A stretch of 29,030 nucleotides of DNA from an uncultured Deinococcaceae bacterium (GTDB lineage Bacteria > Deinococcota > Deinococci > Deinococcales > Deinococcaceae): positions 1-29,030 of the forward strand of contig CAXULY010000056.1 in assembly GCA_964252075.1 (NCBI GenBank), read 5' to 3'. How positions within the stretch are numbered: the first letter of the stretch is position 1; each line of letters begins with the position of its first letter. The translations under genes were made by a program, and so were the position numbers. Below, piece after piece: positions 1 to 8,035 of the stretch. The notes under the pieces are model-generated. The model saw nothing but the letters and a program-made list of their open reading frames with translations, did no database searches and was not told where the DNA came from.

Positions 1-1
1 C

Positions 2-940
2 CGAGCCCGTGTTCACGTTCTCGCCGGGGTTCACCGCCACCGCGCTGACCTGCCCTGCGAAGGGCGCACGCACCGTCAGGTTCCCCAGGTTCGCCTGCGC
101 CTGCTTCAAGCCCGCCTCCGCGTCATTGACGCTCAGCTGCAGGCTCGCGAGCGTCTCGCTTTTCGCGCGTTCGTTCGTCGCCAGGGACGCCTGCGCGCTC
201 GCCAGCGTGGCGCGCGCCGAGTCCACCGCGCTTTTCGCGGTGTTCATCTCGGCTTGCGCGATGCCGCCGATGGCGAGCAGGGTTTGATCCGCTTGGTCCG
301 TCTGTTGCGCGGTGGCGAGGGCCGCCTGCGCGCTGGACACCTGCAGTTGCAGCTGGTTGCGCTGGTCGAGGTTGGCGTTCGTCTGCGTGGCGAGGTCCAC
401 GCGCGCCTTCTGCAGGTTGCTCTGCGCACTCTGCACTGCGGCCTGCAGGGTCTCGCTGCTCAGCACGGCCACGGCCTGCCCTTTCTGGACGGTGGCGCCC
501 GCGGGTTGCAGGACCTGCTGCACCACGCCGCTCGCCTGCGCCGCCACGTTGCTCTGCTGCGCGGGCACCACCGTCCCCGCCGTGGTGTGGCTGGCGGTGA
601 GGTTGCCGGTCTTCGCAGTGGTCACCTGCACCGCGGTGGCGCGGGTAGCGGAAGCGCCGCCTTGGGCACCCGGGGTGCCCGGCGCGCGGGCGGCGGACGT
701 GCCACTGGTGGGGGCGGTGGTGCCGCCCCGCGTCTGCGTGCCGGAACCGACGGGGGCCCCTCCAGCCATCGAACCGCTGGCGCTGGTGGTGGAGGCGGTG
801 TTCAGGCGGACGCCGAGCAGGTAGCCGAAACCGCCAATGGCGAGGATGCCCGTCGCCATCAGGACGCGCGATGTGATGCGCGCCGCGCGGCGGGACAGGG
901 GTGACTGGCCACCTTGGTGGGGATTGCGGTCTTCCATCAT
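2..940 (-). CDS. Efflux RND transporter periplasmic adaptor (membrane fusion protein), 3' end runs off the window
   Basis: Manual minus-strand translation (not in the ORF track): MMEDRNPHQ...VLMATGILAIGGFGYLLG (TM anchor), a Gly/Thr/Ala linker, then GTVVPAQQSNVAAQASGVVQQVLQPAGATVQKGQAVAVL (lipoyl half-motif), a long coiled coil and LTVRAPFAGQVSAVAVNPGENV. RBS-like GAAAGGA upstream; follows two TolC genes. Confidence 0.9.
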   Translation of the reverse strand, partial: MMEDRNPHQGGQSPLSRRAARITSRVLMATGILAIGGFGYLLGVRLNTASTTSASGSMAGGAPVGSGTQTRGGTTAPTSGTSAARAPGTPGAQGGASATRATAVQVTTAKTGNLTASHTTAGTVVPAQQSNVAAQASGVVQQVLQPAGATVQKGQAVAVLSSETLQAAVQSAQSNLQKARVDLATQTNANLDQRNQLQLQVSSAQAALATAQQTDQADQTLLAIGGIAQAEMNTAKSAVDSARATLASAQASLATNERAKSETLASLQLSVNDAEAGLKQAQANLGNLTVRAPFAGQVSAVAVNPGENVNTGS

Positions 941-959
941 CGTTCGTTCCTTTCCCGCG

Positions 960-2060
960 TCACGCGGGGTTCCCGACGTTCGCGAGGCCCGTGACATCAG
1001 CACCGGCGGCGACGGAGAGGGCGGCGACCGATTTCCAATAGGTGTCCACCGCCTGCGTGAGCGTGAACTTCGCGCTCTGCAACGCCACCTGACTGCTCTG
1101 CAGGTCGACTTTGGAGATGATGCCGCTCTGGTAACGGGCCTGCGCCTGCGTGAGGGCGGTCTGGGCGTTCGTCACGGCCTTCTGCTGGATGGCGATGCGG
1201 CTGTACGCGTCTTGCGCCGCGCTGAAAGAGTCCTTGAGCGTGCTGGCGACGGTCTTCTCGGTGTTCGCCAGCGTCCGCTGGTCGTTCTGCAGGGCCGTCT
1301 GGGCGTTCTGCAACGTCAGGCGGGGCGTGTAGTCGTTGTTGGACGTCTTCACCGTCAGCTGGTCACTGGCAACCGCCTGTTGCGCCTGTACCACCGAAGG
1401 GAGCCGGGCGTTCAGGCCCTGGTTCAGGCTGGTGAGGGAGGCCGAGAGTTTGACCGGGCTGGGCGGGGCCTGCAGGGTGAGGGTGCTGGTGCTCTGCCCG
1501 AACAGCCGGGAGAGTTCGGTGGCCTGCACGGTGAGTTGTGCGTTGGCGTTCGCGAGGTTCTGCTGGTCAGTGTTCACGGTGTTCTGCGCCTTGCTGATGT
1601 CGAGGCTGGTTCCTGTTCCCGCCTGCAGCTTGGCCTGGGCGACCTGCAGGTTCGTCTGGTCGAGGTTCAGCTGCGCGGTGAGCAGGCTGACGTCCTGCTG
1701 CGTCTCGTACAGGCCCAGGTAAGCGTTCACGACGCTTTGCAGCACCGTGAGGCGCGCGTTCGTGAGGTTCACCTGCGCGAGCTGCACAGCGTTCTGCGCG
1801 GCCGTGAGGTCCGCCGCTAGGGTGCTGGGGTCCCCCTGCCGGGCCTTGAGGGTCGCCTGCGCGTTTTGCAAGGTCGTCTGCGCGCTGCTGTAGGTGGGGC
1901 CCTGCGCGTACGCGAGGCTGATCGCCTGGGGCAGGGACAGTGTTCCCTGGGCGGCCTTGGCGGTCGACGTGGAGGGGGTGGGAGTGGTGGCGGCGTTCGC
2001 GAAGCCCGGTGCGAGCAGGGCGGTGGTCAGGACGATCAGGATGGACGGGTGGGTGTTCAT
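960..2060 (-). CDS. Short TolC/OEP-family protein (366 aa), apparently lacking beta-barrel strands
   Basis: Signal peptide, LSLPQAISLA start motif, two OEP helical repeats (VVNAYLGL...KLQAGTGTSLDI; ARYQSGIISKVDL). ATG overlaps the upstream TGA (ATGA). Confidence 0.82.
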   Translation of the reverse strand: MNTHPSILIVLTTALLAPGFANAATTPTPSTSTAKAAQGTLSLPQAISLAYAQGPTYSSAQTTLQNAQATLKARQGDPSTLAADLTAAQNAVQLAQVNLTNARLTVLQSVVNAYLGLYETQQDVSLLTAQLNLDQTNLQVAQAKLQAGTGTSLDISKAQNTVNTDQQNLANANAQLTVQATELSRLFGQSTSTLTLQAPPSPVKLSASLTSLNQGLNARLPSVVQAQQAVASDQLTVKTSNNDYTPRLTLQNAQTALQNDQRTLANTEKTVASTLKDSFSAAQDAYSRIAIQQKAVTNAQTALTQAQARYQSGIISKVDLQSSQVALQSAKFTLTQAVDTYWKSVAALSVAAGADVTGLANVGNPA

Positions 2061-3463
2061 AGGGAGCCTCCGGTGGCGAGTTGCAGGGCCACTTGGTCGA
2101 GTTGCGCGGTTTCGCGGGCGTTTTCCAGGTCGCGCTGCGCCTGGAGCAGGTTCACTTGTGCGTTCGTGACGTCCGTGGTGACGGCGGTGCCGGTTGCGAA
2201 CTGCGCCTCCGTGGTGCTGAGGGTGGATTGCGCAGCGGTGACGGTGGTCTGGGCGGCGGTGAGGGCGTTCAGGGCGTTCTGCAGGGTGGCGGCGCGCTGC
2301 CGGACGTCCTGCTCGACGGTCTGGCGCTCCAGGCCGAGGTTCGTCTGGGCGCTCGCCACGCTGGTCTGCGCGCTGGCGATCTTGGCGTCGCCGCTGGGGT
2401 CAATGAGGGTGTAAGACGCGCTCACACCCACTGCAAAGCTGGCGCTGGTCTCGCTGGTCGTTCCGGTCAGGGGCTGGGTGAGTTTCGCGGTGAGGTCACC
2501 GGTTTTGAGGTCGAGGCTGCCCGTCACGGCGGTGCTGCCCGTTCCGGCGGAGACGTCCGCGGTGAGGGCGGGGAGGCGGCGGTCGCGCTGCGCGGCGGTC
2601 AGCGCGTCCTGCGCGTCCGCGAGGGCGGCCTGCGCGCCGATCACCTCGCTGCGTCGCGTGAGGGCCTGCTGCACCAGCGCGTTGACGTCCCCTGGCGCTG
2701 AGGGCACCTGCCCATCGGTGGTGAAGCTGACCTGGTTGAGCGAAGTGCCAAGCGTGCTGGCGAGCGCGAAGGTGCCGTTCTGGAGGGCGGTTTGAGCGCT
2801 GGCCAGGGCGGCCGCCGCCTGCTGCGCTTCGGTCTGGCGGGTCAGCAGCGTCTCCTGGGTGATGGTGTTCTGCGCGCGCTGCTGCGTCGCCGCCTGCAGC
2901 AGGACCTGGCGCAGGTCATTCGTCTGCTGCGCGAGGGTGAGGTCCTGCTGCGCGAGGCGCGCCGCGAAGTACTGCTGCGCGACTGTCTGCTGAAGCTTCT
3001 GGCGCGTGGTGTCGCGCGTGGCCTGCGCGGTGGTGAGCGCCCGTTGGGTGGCGCGCACGGCGTCGTTCGTGGAGGACCACGGCAGGACGTTCAAGGACGC
3101 CGTGGCGTTCACGCTGGTGGTGAGGGCGCTGGCGGCGCCGAGGGTGCCCGTGGCGGTCGTGCCGACGGCGACGGTCAGGCCCACTGCCGCCTGCGCGGAC
3201 ACCAGCGCCAGCTGCGCGGCCTGGTACGCGAGGTCCGCCTGCCGCCACTGCGGAGCTTGCGGCAAGGCGCTCAGGGCGTCCTGCAAGGTGAGCACCTGCG
3301 CAGTGCTGGTGGGGGCGGTGACCGGGGCGAGCGTGGTGCTGAGGATCGTGGTTTGTGCCGCGGCAACACCGCTCAGCAGCGCCGCGGTCAGCCACCACGC
3401 GCGGTATTGCCGCGCGGCTGGAGCCAGGTGGAGGCGCGGGAGGAGGTGAGGGTCGTGGTTCAT
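2057..3463 (-). CDS. TolC/OEP-family outer membrane efflux protein (468 aa)
   Basis: Signal-like N-terminus, LTLQDAL, VAQQYFAARLAQ, ALTRRSEV, RLPALTADVS, QFATGTAVTTDV motifs; in an operon with an adaptor gene. Confidence 0.87.
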   Translation of the reverse strand: MNHDPHLLPRLHLAPAARQYRAWWLTAALLSGVAAAQTTILSTTLAPVTAPTSTAQVLTLQDALSALPQAPQWRQADLAYQAAQLALVSAQAAVGLTVAVGTTATGTLGAASALTTSVNATASLNVLPWSSTNDAVRATQRALTTAQATRDTTRQKLQQTVAQQYFAARLAQQDLTLAQQTNDLRQVLLQAATQQRAQNTITQETLLTRQTEAQQAAAALASAQTALQNGTFALASTLGTSLNQVSFTTDGQVPSAPGDVNALVQQALTRRSEVIGAQAALADAQDALTAAQRDRRLPALTADVSAGTGSTAVTGSLDLKTGDLTAKLTQPLTGTTSETSASFAVGVSASYTLIDPSGDAKIASAQTSVASAQTNLGLERQTVEQDVRQRAATLQNALNALTAAQTTVTAAQSTLSTTEAQFATGTAVTTDVTNAQVNLLQAQRDLENARETAQLDQVALQLATGGSL

Positions 3464-3472
3464 CGCGACCTC

Positions 3473-3538
3473 AGGGTCGTCCCCGCCCGTTCAACGCCCA
3501 CCTAGAAGCCGAGTAGATTCCGAGTAGACGCCGAGGAG
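3473..3538 (-). promoter_or_regulatory. 11-bp direct-repeat array plus weak -10 (P1), upstream of the TolC-TolC-adaptor operon
   Basis: Minus strand: ctcctcggcgt|ctactcggaat|ctactcggctt|ctaggtgggcg|ttgaac-N10-GACCCT-N9-ATG. Confidence 0.72.
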
Positions 3539-3895
3539 CGGCTGGAAAGAGGCGCAAACGCTGTTCCAGGGACACCTGGAACGCGTCGCGCCTGGATGTC
3601 CGGGCGGGGCGACCCCACATGGCGCGCCCCAGCCACTCCGCGAGGTCCACGCGAGGCGTGAACGGGTGGCGAGCAGATCCCTGTCCGGTGCGCGGGACCC
3701 ACCGCCATCCCCACGTCAAAAACGCCGGTGTGCCTCCCCGTGTATCAGGACAGGCCTTCGGACCGCACGCGCAGGCCACACGCCTGTGCAACGCGCCTCC
3801 CCATCGACTGACGTCGATGGGGGCAGGCGTCAGGCAGAACGGGCTTGATGACCTGCACGTCCGCTGCAGGTCTTCGTCACTGGGCGCGGTGGATC

Positions 3896-3949
3896 CTCGA
3901 CAGTTCTGAACGCCTGCTACACAGCTTCTGAACCCCCCGCCTCCAGAAT
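3896..3949 (+). promoter_or_regulatory. 11-bp direct-repeat array plus weak -10 (P2), upstream of the 3992 gene
   Basis: (ctcgacagtt)|ctgaacgcctg|ctacacagctt|ctgaac-N10-CAGAAT, followed by cacgccaggtg, which resembles ctcgtcaggtg after the -10 of the DUF4397-like copies. Confidence 0.68.
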
Positions 3950-3991
3950 CACGCCAGGTGGAACACCCATTCCACCCAAAGGAGAAGCAGC

Positions 3992-4690
3992 ATGAACAAC
4001 ACTCGGAACATCCTCACGCCCCTCCTCGCCGCCCTGCTCATCGGCACCTCCCTCGCCAGCGCCCAAACGCAGCAACAGCAGGGCGCCGCAGCTCCGCCCG
4101 CCGCGCAGGGTCAGGCGTTCCAGCGGGGGGCCCGCCCAGCCCGCGGCCCGATCACCGTGAAGTACTACAGCGGCAACCCCCTCAAGGGCGGCGCGCTGAT
4201 CTCCACTGCGACCATCCAGCCGCAGTCCGGCAGCGCCACGCCCTTCGCGAACGCCCCGAAAGGCGCGACGTACGTGGCGCTCACCACACCCTTCGGGACC
4301 CGCATCAGCACCCTCAAGGACGCCCAGGCGCAGCCCAGCCGCGGCGGGGCGCAGAGGGGCGGTGAGGGCCTCATGAACGGCGCTCAGAGCGGCCCGGGGC
4401 GCGCGACCAACCCGCAAGGCCGGGGCGGCTTGAACCAGGGGGCGACCGTGGCCCTGCACCTGCCGGGCCTGCAGGGCGCCAGCCGGGTGAGCTTCTACGC
4501 GGGTGATCCACTGGCGGGCGGCGCGGCGCAGACCAGCGTGGCGCTGAGCGGCACGCCGAGCGCGCAGCAGCAGCAGGCCCTCACGCAGGCGGCAGCAAAA
4601 GCCAAGTTCGTGGTGATTGAGCGCAGCGGCGAAACCCTGGTCGTGAACCTGAGCGCCCTGCAGCGGGGGGCGTCCGGCACCGCCCGCTGA
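3992..4690 (+). CDS. Secreted hypothetical protein with an internal two-fold repeat (232 aa)
   Basis: RBS AAAGGAG; Sec signal peptide ending SLASA; Gln/Gly-rich linkers; repeated motif YYSGNPLKGG / FYAGDPLAGG; strong GC3 codon bias. Confidence 0.85.
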   Translation: MNNTRNILTPLLAALLIGTSLASAQTQQQQGAAAPPAAQGQAFQRGARPARGPITVKYYSGNPLKGGALISTATIQPQSGSATPFANAPKGATYVALTTPFGTRISTLKDAQAQPSRGGAQRGGEGLMNGAQSGPGRATNPQGRGGLNQGATVALHLPGLQGASRVSFYAGDPLAGGAAQTSVALSGTPSAQQQQALTQAAAKAKFVVIERSGETLVVNLSALQRGASGTAR

Positions 4691-4708
4691 ATGCCCCGTC
4701 CCTTCTGG

Positions 4709-4742
4709 ACGCAAGCGCACCGCAACAGCGGTGCGCTTGCGT
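4709..4742. other. Perfect 15-bp stem-loop between the 3992 gene and the response regulator
   Basis: acgcaagcgcaccgc-aaca-gcggtgcgcttgcgt; no U-tract, so a terminator or mRNA-stabilising role is uncertain. Confidence 0.6.
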
Positions 4743-4825
4743 GCCCCGAGGAGCGCCGTTGACGCCCATGTCTCGCCGAGGGCGCGGTGGGGCGACCGGC
4801 GACATGACAGGATCGGGGGACCGTC

Positions 4826-5506
4826 ATGAAAACGATTCTCGTCATTGAAGACACCGCTGGCATCCGCGACATGGTGCGCGAGTACCTGTCTGAGCACGGC
4901 TTTCGCGTCATCGTCGCGAACAATGGGCAGGAAGGCCTCTACGAGGCGCGCTACCAGAAGCCCGACCTCGTCATCCTCGACGTGATGATGCCCATCATGG
5001 ACGGCATGGAGTTCCTCCGGCAGTTCCGCGTGGCGGACCGCACGCCCGTCATCATGCTCACTGCGAAGGACCAGGAGGTGGACAAGGTTCTGGGCCTGGA
5101 GTTCGGCGCGGACGATTACATCACCAAGCCCTTCTCGATGGCGGAGCTGCTGGCGCGTGTGCGCGCGGTGCTGCGCCGCGTGGGCGAGGCGACCCCCACC
5201 ACCGTCATCCGGCACGGCGAACTGGGACTCGACGCGGCCGCCCGGAGCTTCACCGTGCAGGGCCGCCGCGTGGACCTGACGCGCTCGGAGTTCGAGCTGA
5301 TGCACCTTCTGATGCTGCACCCCCAGCGGGTGTTCACGCGCCTGGATCTGCTGGAGCACCTGCAGGAGGACGCTGTGGGCTCCGAGCGCACCATCGACGT
5401 GCACATCCGGAATGTGCGCGCGAAAATCGAGCGCGACCCGAAGCAACCCCGCCTCATCGAGACCGTGTTCGGGGTGGGGTACCGCCTCGACCCCGAAGGT
5501 CGGTAG
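4826..5506 (+). CDS. OmpR/PhoB-family response regulator transcription factor
   Basis: Receiver (ILVIED, LDVMMP, MLTAK, GADDYITKPF) plus winged helix (LTRSEFELM, RTIDVHIRNVRAKIE, IETVFGVGYR). Confidence 0.96.
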   Translation: MKTILVIEDTAGIRDMVREYLSEHGFRVIVANNGQEGLYEARYQKPDLVILDVMMPIMDGMEFLRQFRVADRTPVIMLTAKDQEVDKVLGLEFGADDYITKPFSMAELLARVRAVLRRVGEATPTTVIRHGELGLDAAARSFTVQGRRVDLTRSEFELMHLLMLHPQRVFTRLDLLEHLQEDAVGSERTIDVHIRNVRAKIERDPKQPRLIETVFGVGYRLDPEGR

Positions 5507-5613
5507 GGCCAGGACCCAGGCGGGGGTGGGCGAAGGGGCGGCGACCACCGGGGACGCTGCGCCCCAAAGGAAGGTGGGCCATCATTTCGGCCCGATGCAC
5601 GATCCATTAAGCA

Positions 5614-5643
5614 CCACCCGCTCCATCTGAGTGGAGCGGGTGG
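5614..5643. terminator. Stem-loop between the convergent regulator and kinase genes
   Basis: ccacccgctcca-tctgag-tggagcgggtgg, a 12-bp perfect stem; weak U-tract. Confidence 0.45.
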
Positions 5644-5897
5644 GCGGAGGGGGGCGCTTGGACCAGGAACCGAACGTGTTCGGCGGGCGGTCACCGAGGG
5701 GATGGCGCGGTCTTGCTCCGTCTCTGCCGTGGGCGGCGGGCGAGGCGGCACGCCACCCCCGGCCAGGCGCCGCTGTTGATGGTGCCGCACCACGCCACGT
5801 CACACCTCAGTGCGCGCGTGATCGCAACGGGCGGCGCACGGTCGGCGACCGAGGAGCGCCCAGCCCCCCGACCGCCGTTGTTGGGTTCAGGAGCGCT

Positions 5898-7304
5898 TCA
5901 CGCCATTTCGACGGGGACCTGAGCGGTGGGCACCTCAAACGTCACGGTGGTGCCCTGCCCCAGCACACTCTGAATGGTGATGTGACCGCCGTGGCCCTCC
6001 ACGATGGACTTGCAGATCGTGAGGCCCAGTCCGCTGCCGCCCTCCACCCGCGCCTCGTCCGCGCGGTACAGGCGGTCGAACACGAACGGCAGCTTCTCCG
6101 CCGCGATGCCCGTCCCGGTGTCTTGCACGGACACCCGCACGGCGTTCCCCTCCGCGCGCACCCACACGTCGATGCGTCCCCCCGCCCCGGTGTACCCGAG
6201 GGCGTTGCTGAGGAGGTTCTGCATCACCTGCGTCACCCGGCGCGCATCGATCGGCGCGATGACCGCCCCCGGCGGCAGGTGGGCGTCCAACGTCACGTCC
6301 TGGCGGCGCGCGAGTTCCCGCACGCCATCCACCGCGTTCAGCACCACCTGGTTCACGTCGGTCGGCTGGCGGTGCAGGTGCAGCTCCCCGGCGTCCGCCA
6401 GCGCTAGGAAGCGCAGGTCCCCGACCAGGCTGGTGACGTGCTGCGCCTCGCGGTGCAGCCGGGAGAGGCGCTCCGGGGTGGTGCGGAATGTCCCGTCCAG
6501 CATCGCCTCCAGGGTACCGGTGATCACGGACAGGGGCGTGTTCAGGTCGTGCGCGATGTTCGCGGTGAGCTGTCGTCGCGCCTCGGCGCTCTGCACGACG
6601 CTCTCGTGCATGTCGTGGAAGGCCGAGAGCACCTCGCCGTACTCGTCCGCGCGGGGGGTGGGAGGCGCTTCGGGCGCCTGACCACGGCGCATCTGCTGAA
6701 TGCCGCGCAGCAGGGTGCGAACCGGCGTGAGGAGCGCGCGGGACACGATCAGGCCCATCAGGACGGCGGCGAGGGTCGCGGCGAGCATCGCCCAGAGGAG
6801 GGCGCTGGTGGTGCGGTCCAGGAAGGTCTGGCTGCGCTGGTCCAGTTGCTGCGGGATGCCGGTGGGCGCGATGAAGGCCACCGTCTTGCCGTTCAGGGTG
6901 ATCGGCGTTTCCTGCGCCGCGCCTGCGCCCGTGAGGTTCGTGCCTGCTGGGGTGTTCAGGGTCGCGTAGACCGTGCGGCCCTGGGGGTCCAGCACCACGT
7001 ACGGCGCCCGCTGCGTTCCCGAAGGCGCGGGGGAGCGGCTGCGCGAGGAAAGGTCACCGCCGCGGTCGTCGTGGTGATCCCCGCCGGGGGTCGGCTGGAA
7101 GCCCTGGACGCTGCCGTGCGCCTGCACGTAGGCCTGCACCTGCGTGACGGTGTCGTCGCGGATGCGCTCAATGATGAAGGTGTTGAACTGCGTGCGGGTG
7201 ATGACGTTCGAGATGACACCCACCGCGCCGAGGGTGAGGGCGCTGACGAGCACAAAGGCCAGGGTGAGTTTCCACGCCAGCGTCTGCCACGGGCGGCGCC
7301 TCAC
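5898..7304 (-). CDS. Membrane sensor histidine kinase (HAMP-HisKA-HATPase; BaeS/CpxA-like)
   Basis: Start reassigned to GTG 7304, which overlaps the stop of the upstream receiver gene (GTGA). Two TM helices, H-box ANIAHDLNTPL, N-box NLLSNAL, DTGTGI, FDRLYR, GSGLGLTI. Confidence 0.94.
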   Translation of the reverse strand: MRRRPWQTLAWKLTLAFVLVSALTLGAVGVISNVITRTQFNTFIIERIRDDTVTQVQAYVQAHGSVQGFQPTPGGDHHDDRGGDLSSRSRSPAPSGTQRAPYVVLDPQGRTVYATLNTPAGTNLTGAGAAQETPITLNGKTVAFIAPTGIPQQLDQRSQTFLDRTTSALLWAMLAATLAAVLMGLIVSRALLTPVRTLLRGIQQMRRGQAPEAPPTPRADEYGEVLSAFHDMHESVVQSAEARRQLTANIAHDLNTPLSVITGTLEAMLDGTFRTTPERLSRLHREAQHVTSLVGDLRFLALADAGELHLHRQPTDVNQVVLNAVDGVRELARRQDVTLDAHLPPGAVIAPIDARRVTQVMQNLLSNALGYTGAGGRIDVWVRAEGNAVRVSVQDTGTGIAAEKLPFVFDRLYRADEARVEGGSGLGLTICKSIVEGHGGHITIQSVLGQGTTVTFEVPTAQVPVEMA

Positions 7305-7753
7305 GCGGCCTCCCCAGGCAGGTGCGCGCGGACGTGGGCGAGGACGTCGGCGAGGCGGTAGGGTTTGCTGAGGTGGTCGTTCGCGCCGAGCGCCACACCG
7401 CGCGCGCGGTCCTGGGCGCCATCGCGGGCGGTGAGGAGGATCACGGGCGTGAACCAGCCCACGCTCAGCTGCTTGAGAAAGGCCCAACCGTCCATACCGG
7501 GCATCATGACGTCGAGCAGGACCAGGTCCGGGTGCTCGGCGGCCACCATCTGCAGGCCCGCGAGGCCATCGGGGGCGGTGAGGGTGGTGAAGCCGGACTC
7601 GCTGAGGTCATCGCGCAGCATCTCTCGGACGCCCACGTGGTCCTCCACGATCAGGATGGTGCGCGGGTGTGCGGCGTCGGTGGGGGAGGGGGGAGAAGTG
7701 CGTCGGGGTGGCGCGAGGGCGTCACCGGTGGAGTCGGGGGTCGCGGCGGTCAT
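7301..7753 (-). CDS. Stand-alone receiver-domain response regulator (no DNA-binding domain)
   Basis: ILIVEDH, LLDVMMPGMDG, LLTAR, LSKPY; ends straight after the receiver; probably leaderless (CACAGT-N6-ATG). Confidence 0.85.
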   Translation of the reverse strand: MTAATPDSTGDALAPPRRTSPPSPTDAAHPRTILIVEDHVGVREMLRDDLSESGFTTLTAPDGLAGLQMVAAEHPDLVLLDVMMPGMDGWAFLKQLSVGWFTPVILLTARDGAQDRARGVALGANDHLSKPYRLADVLAHVRAHLPGEAA

Positions 7754-7759
7754 GGCCCT

Positions 7760-7814
7760 ACTGTGGCGCGTCTTCTTGAAGGTCTTGCGTGGAAGTTGTG
7801 CAGAAGTTGTGCAG
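7760..7814 (-). promoter_or_regulatory. 11-bp direct-repeat array plus weak -10 (P3), leaderless promoter of the receiver-kinase operon
   Basis: Minus strand: ctgcacaactt|ctgcacaactt|ccacgcaagac|cttcaa-N10-CACAGT-N6-ATG; the first two units are identical. Confidence 0.72.
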
Positions 7815-7885
7815 AAAAACAGGCTGCGAATCGCCTGAAGGCGTGGACTTCGCGCTCAGGTGAGGGGTTTTGCTTCGGCGTGGCT

Positions 7886-8035
7886 CTACTCAGGTTCTTT
7901 GCAAGGTCTACGCGGGGCGTGAACGGTATGTAGGCAGACTCTCGTCAGGTGAGCGGGACACACCGCCACCGCCCAAAAGAAGCCCCCACCACCGCCCGAT
8001 TCCAGCGCCGCCGAGCGCCCCGAAAGGAAGACCTC
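7886..8035 (+). promoter_or_regulatory. Repeat-array promoter (P4) plus conserved ~90-nt leader, copy 1
   Basis: ctactcaggtt|ctttgcaaggt|ctacgcggggc|gtgaac-N10-CAGACT (7935-7940), then ctcgtcaggtgagcgggacacaccgccacc...gagcgccccgaaagga (RBS). Homologous to 12783-12935 and 21365-21516. Confidence 0.8.

Noticed and set aside
5507..5897. Short ORFs between the convergent regulator and kinase
   Set aside because: No RBS, codon bias or motifs; only a stem-loop is supportable.
7305..7487. N-terminal extension of the kinase in the ORF track (likewise 12535-12708 for the tannase-like gene and 20418-20738 for DeoR)
   Set aside because: These overlap the upstream gene or promoter; better starts are supported by stop/start overlap, RBS plus signal peptide, or a leaderless -10.
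7919..7940. TGAAC read as an ECF-sigma -35 element
   Set aside because: Only 10 nt separate it from the -10-like hexamer. It is in phase with the 11-bp repeats and is replaced by cttcaa or ctttac at P3 and P5.
7949..8035. GTG in 'caggtg' as an upstream start extending the DUF4397-like proteins
   Set aside because: In frame with the ATG in copies 1 and 2 but not copy 3; a good RBS and signal peptide start at the ATG.
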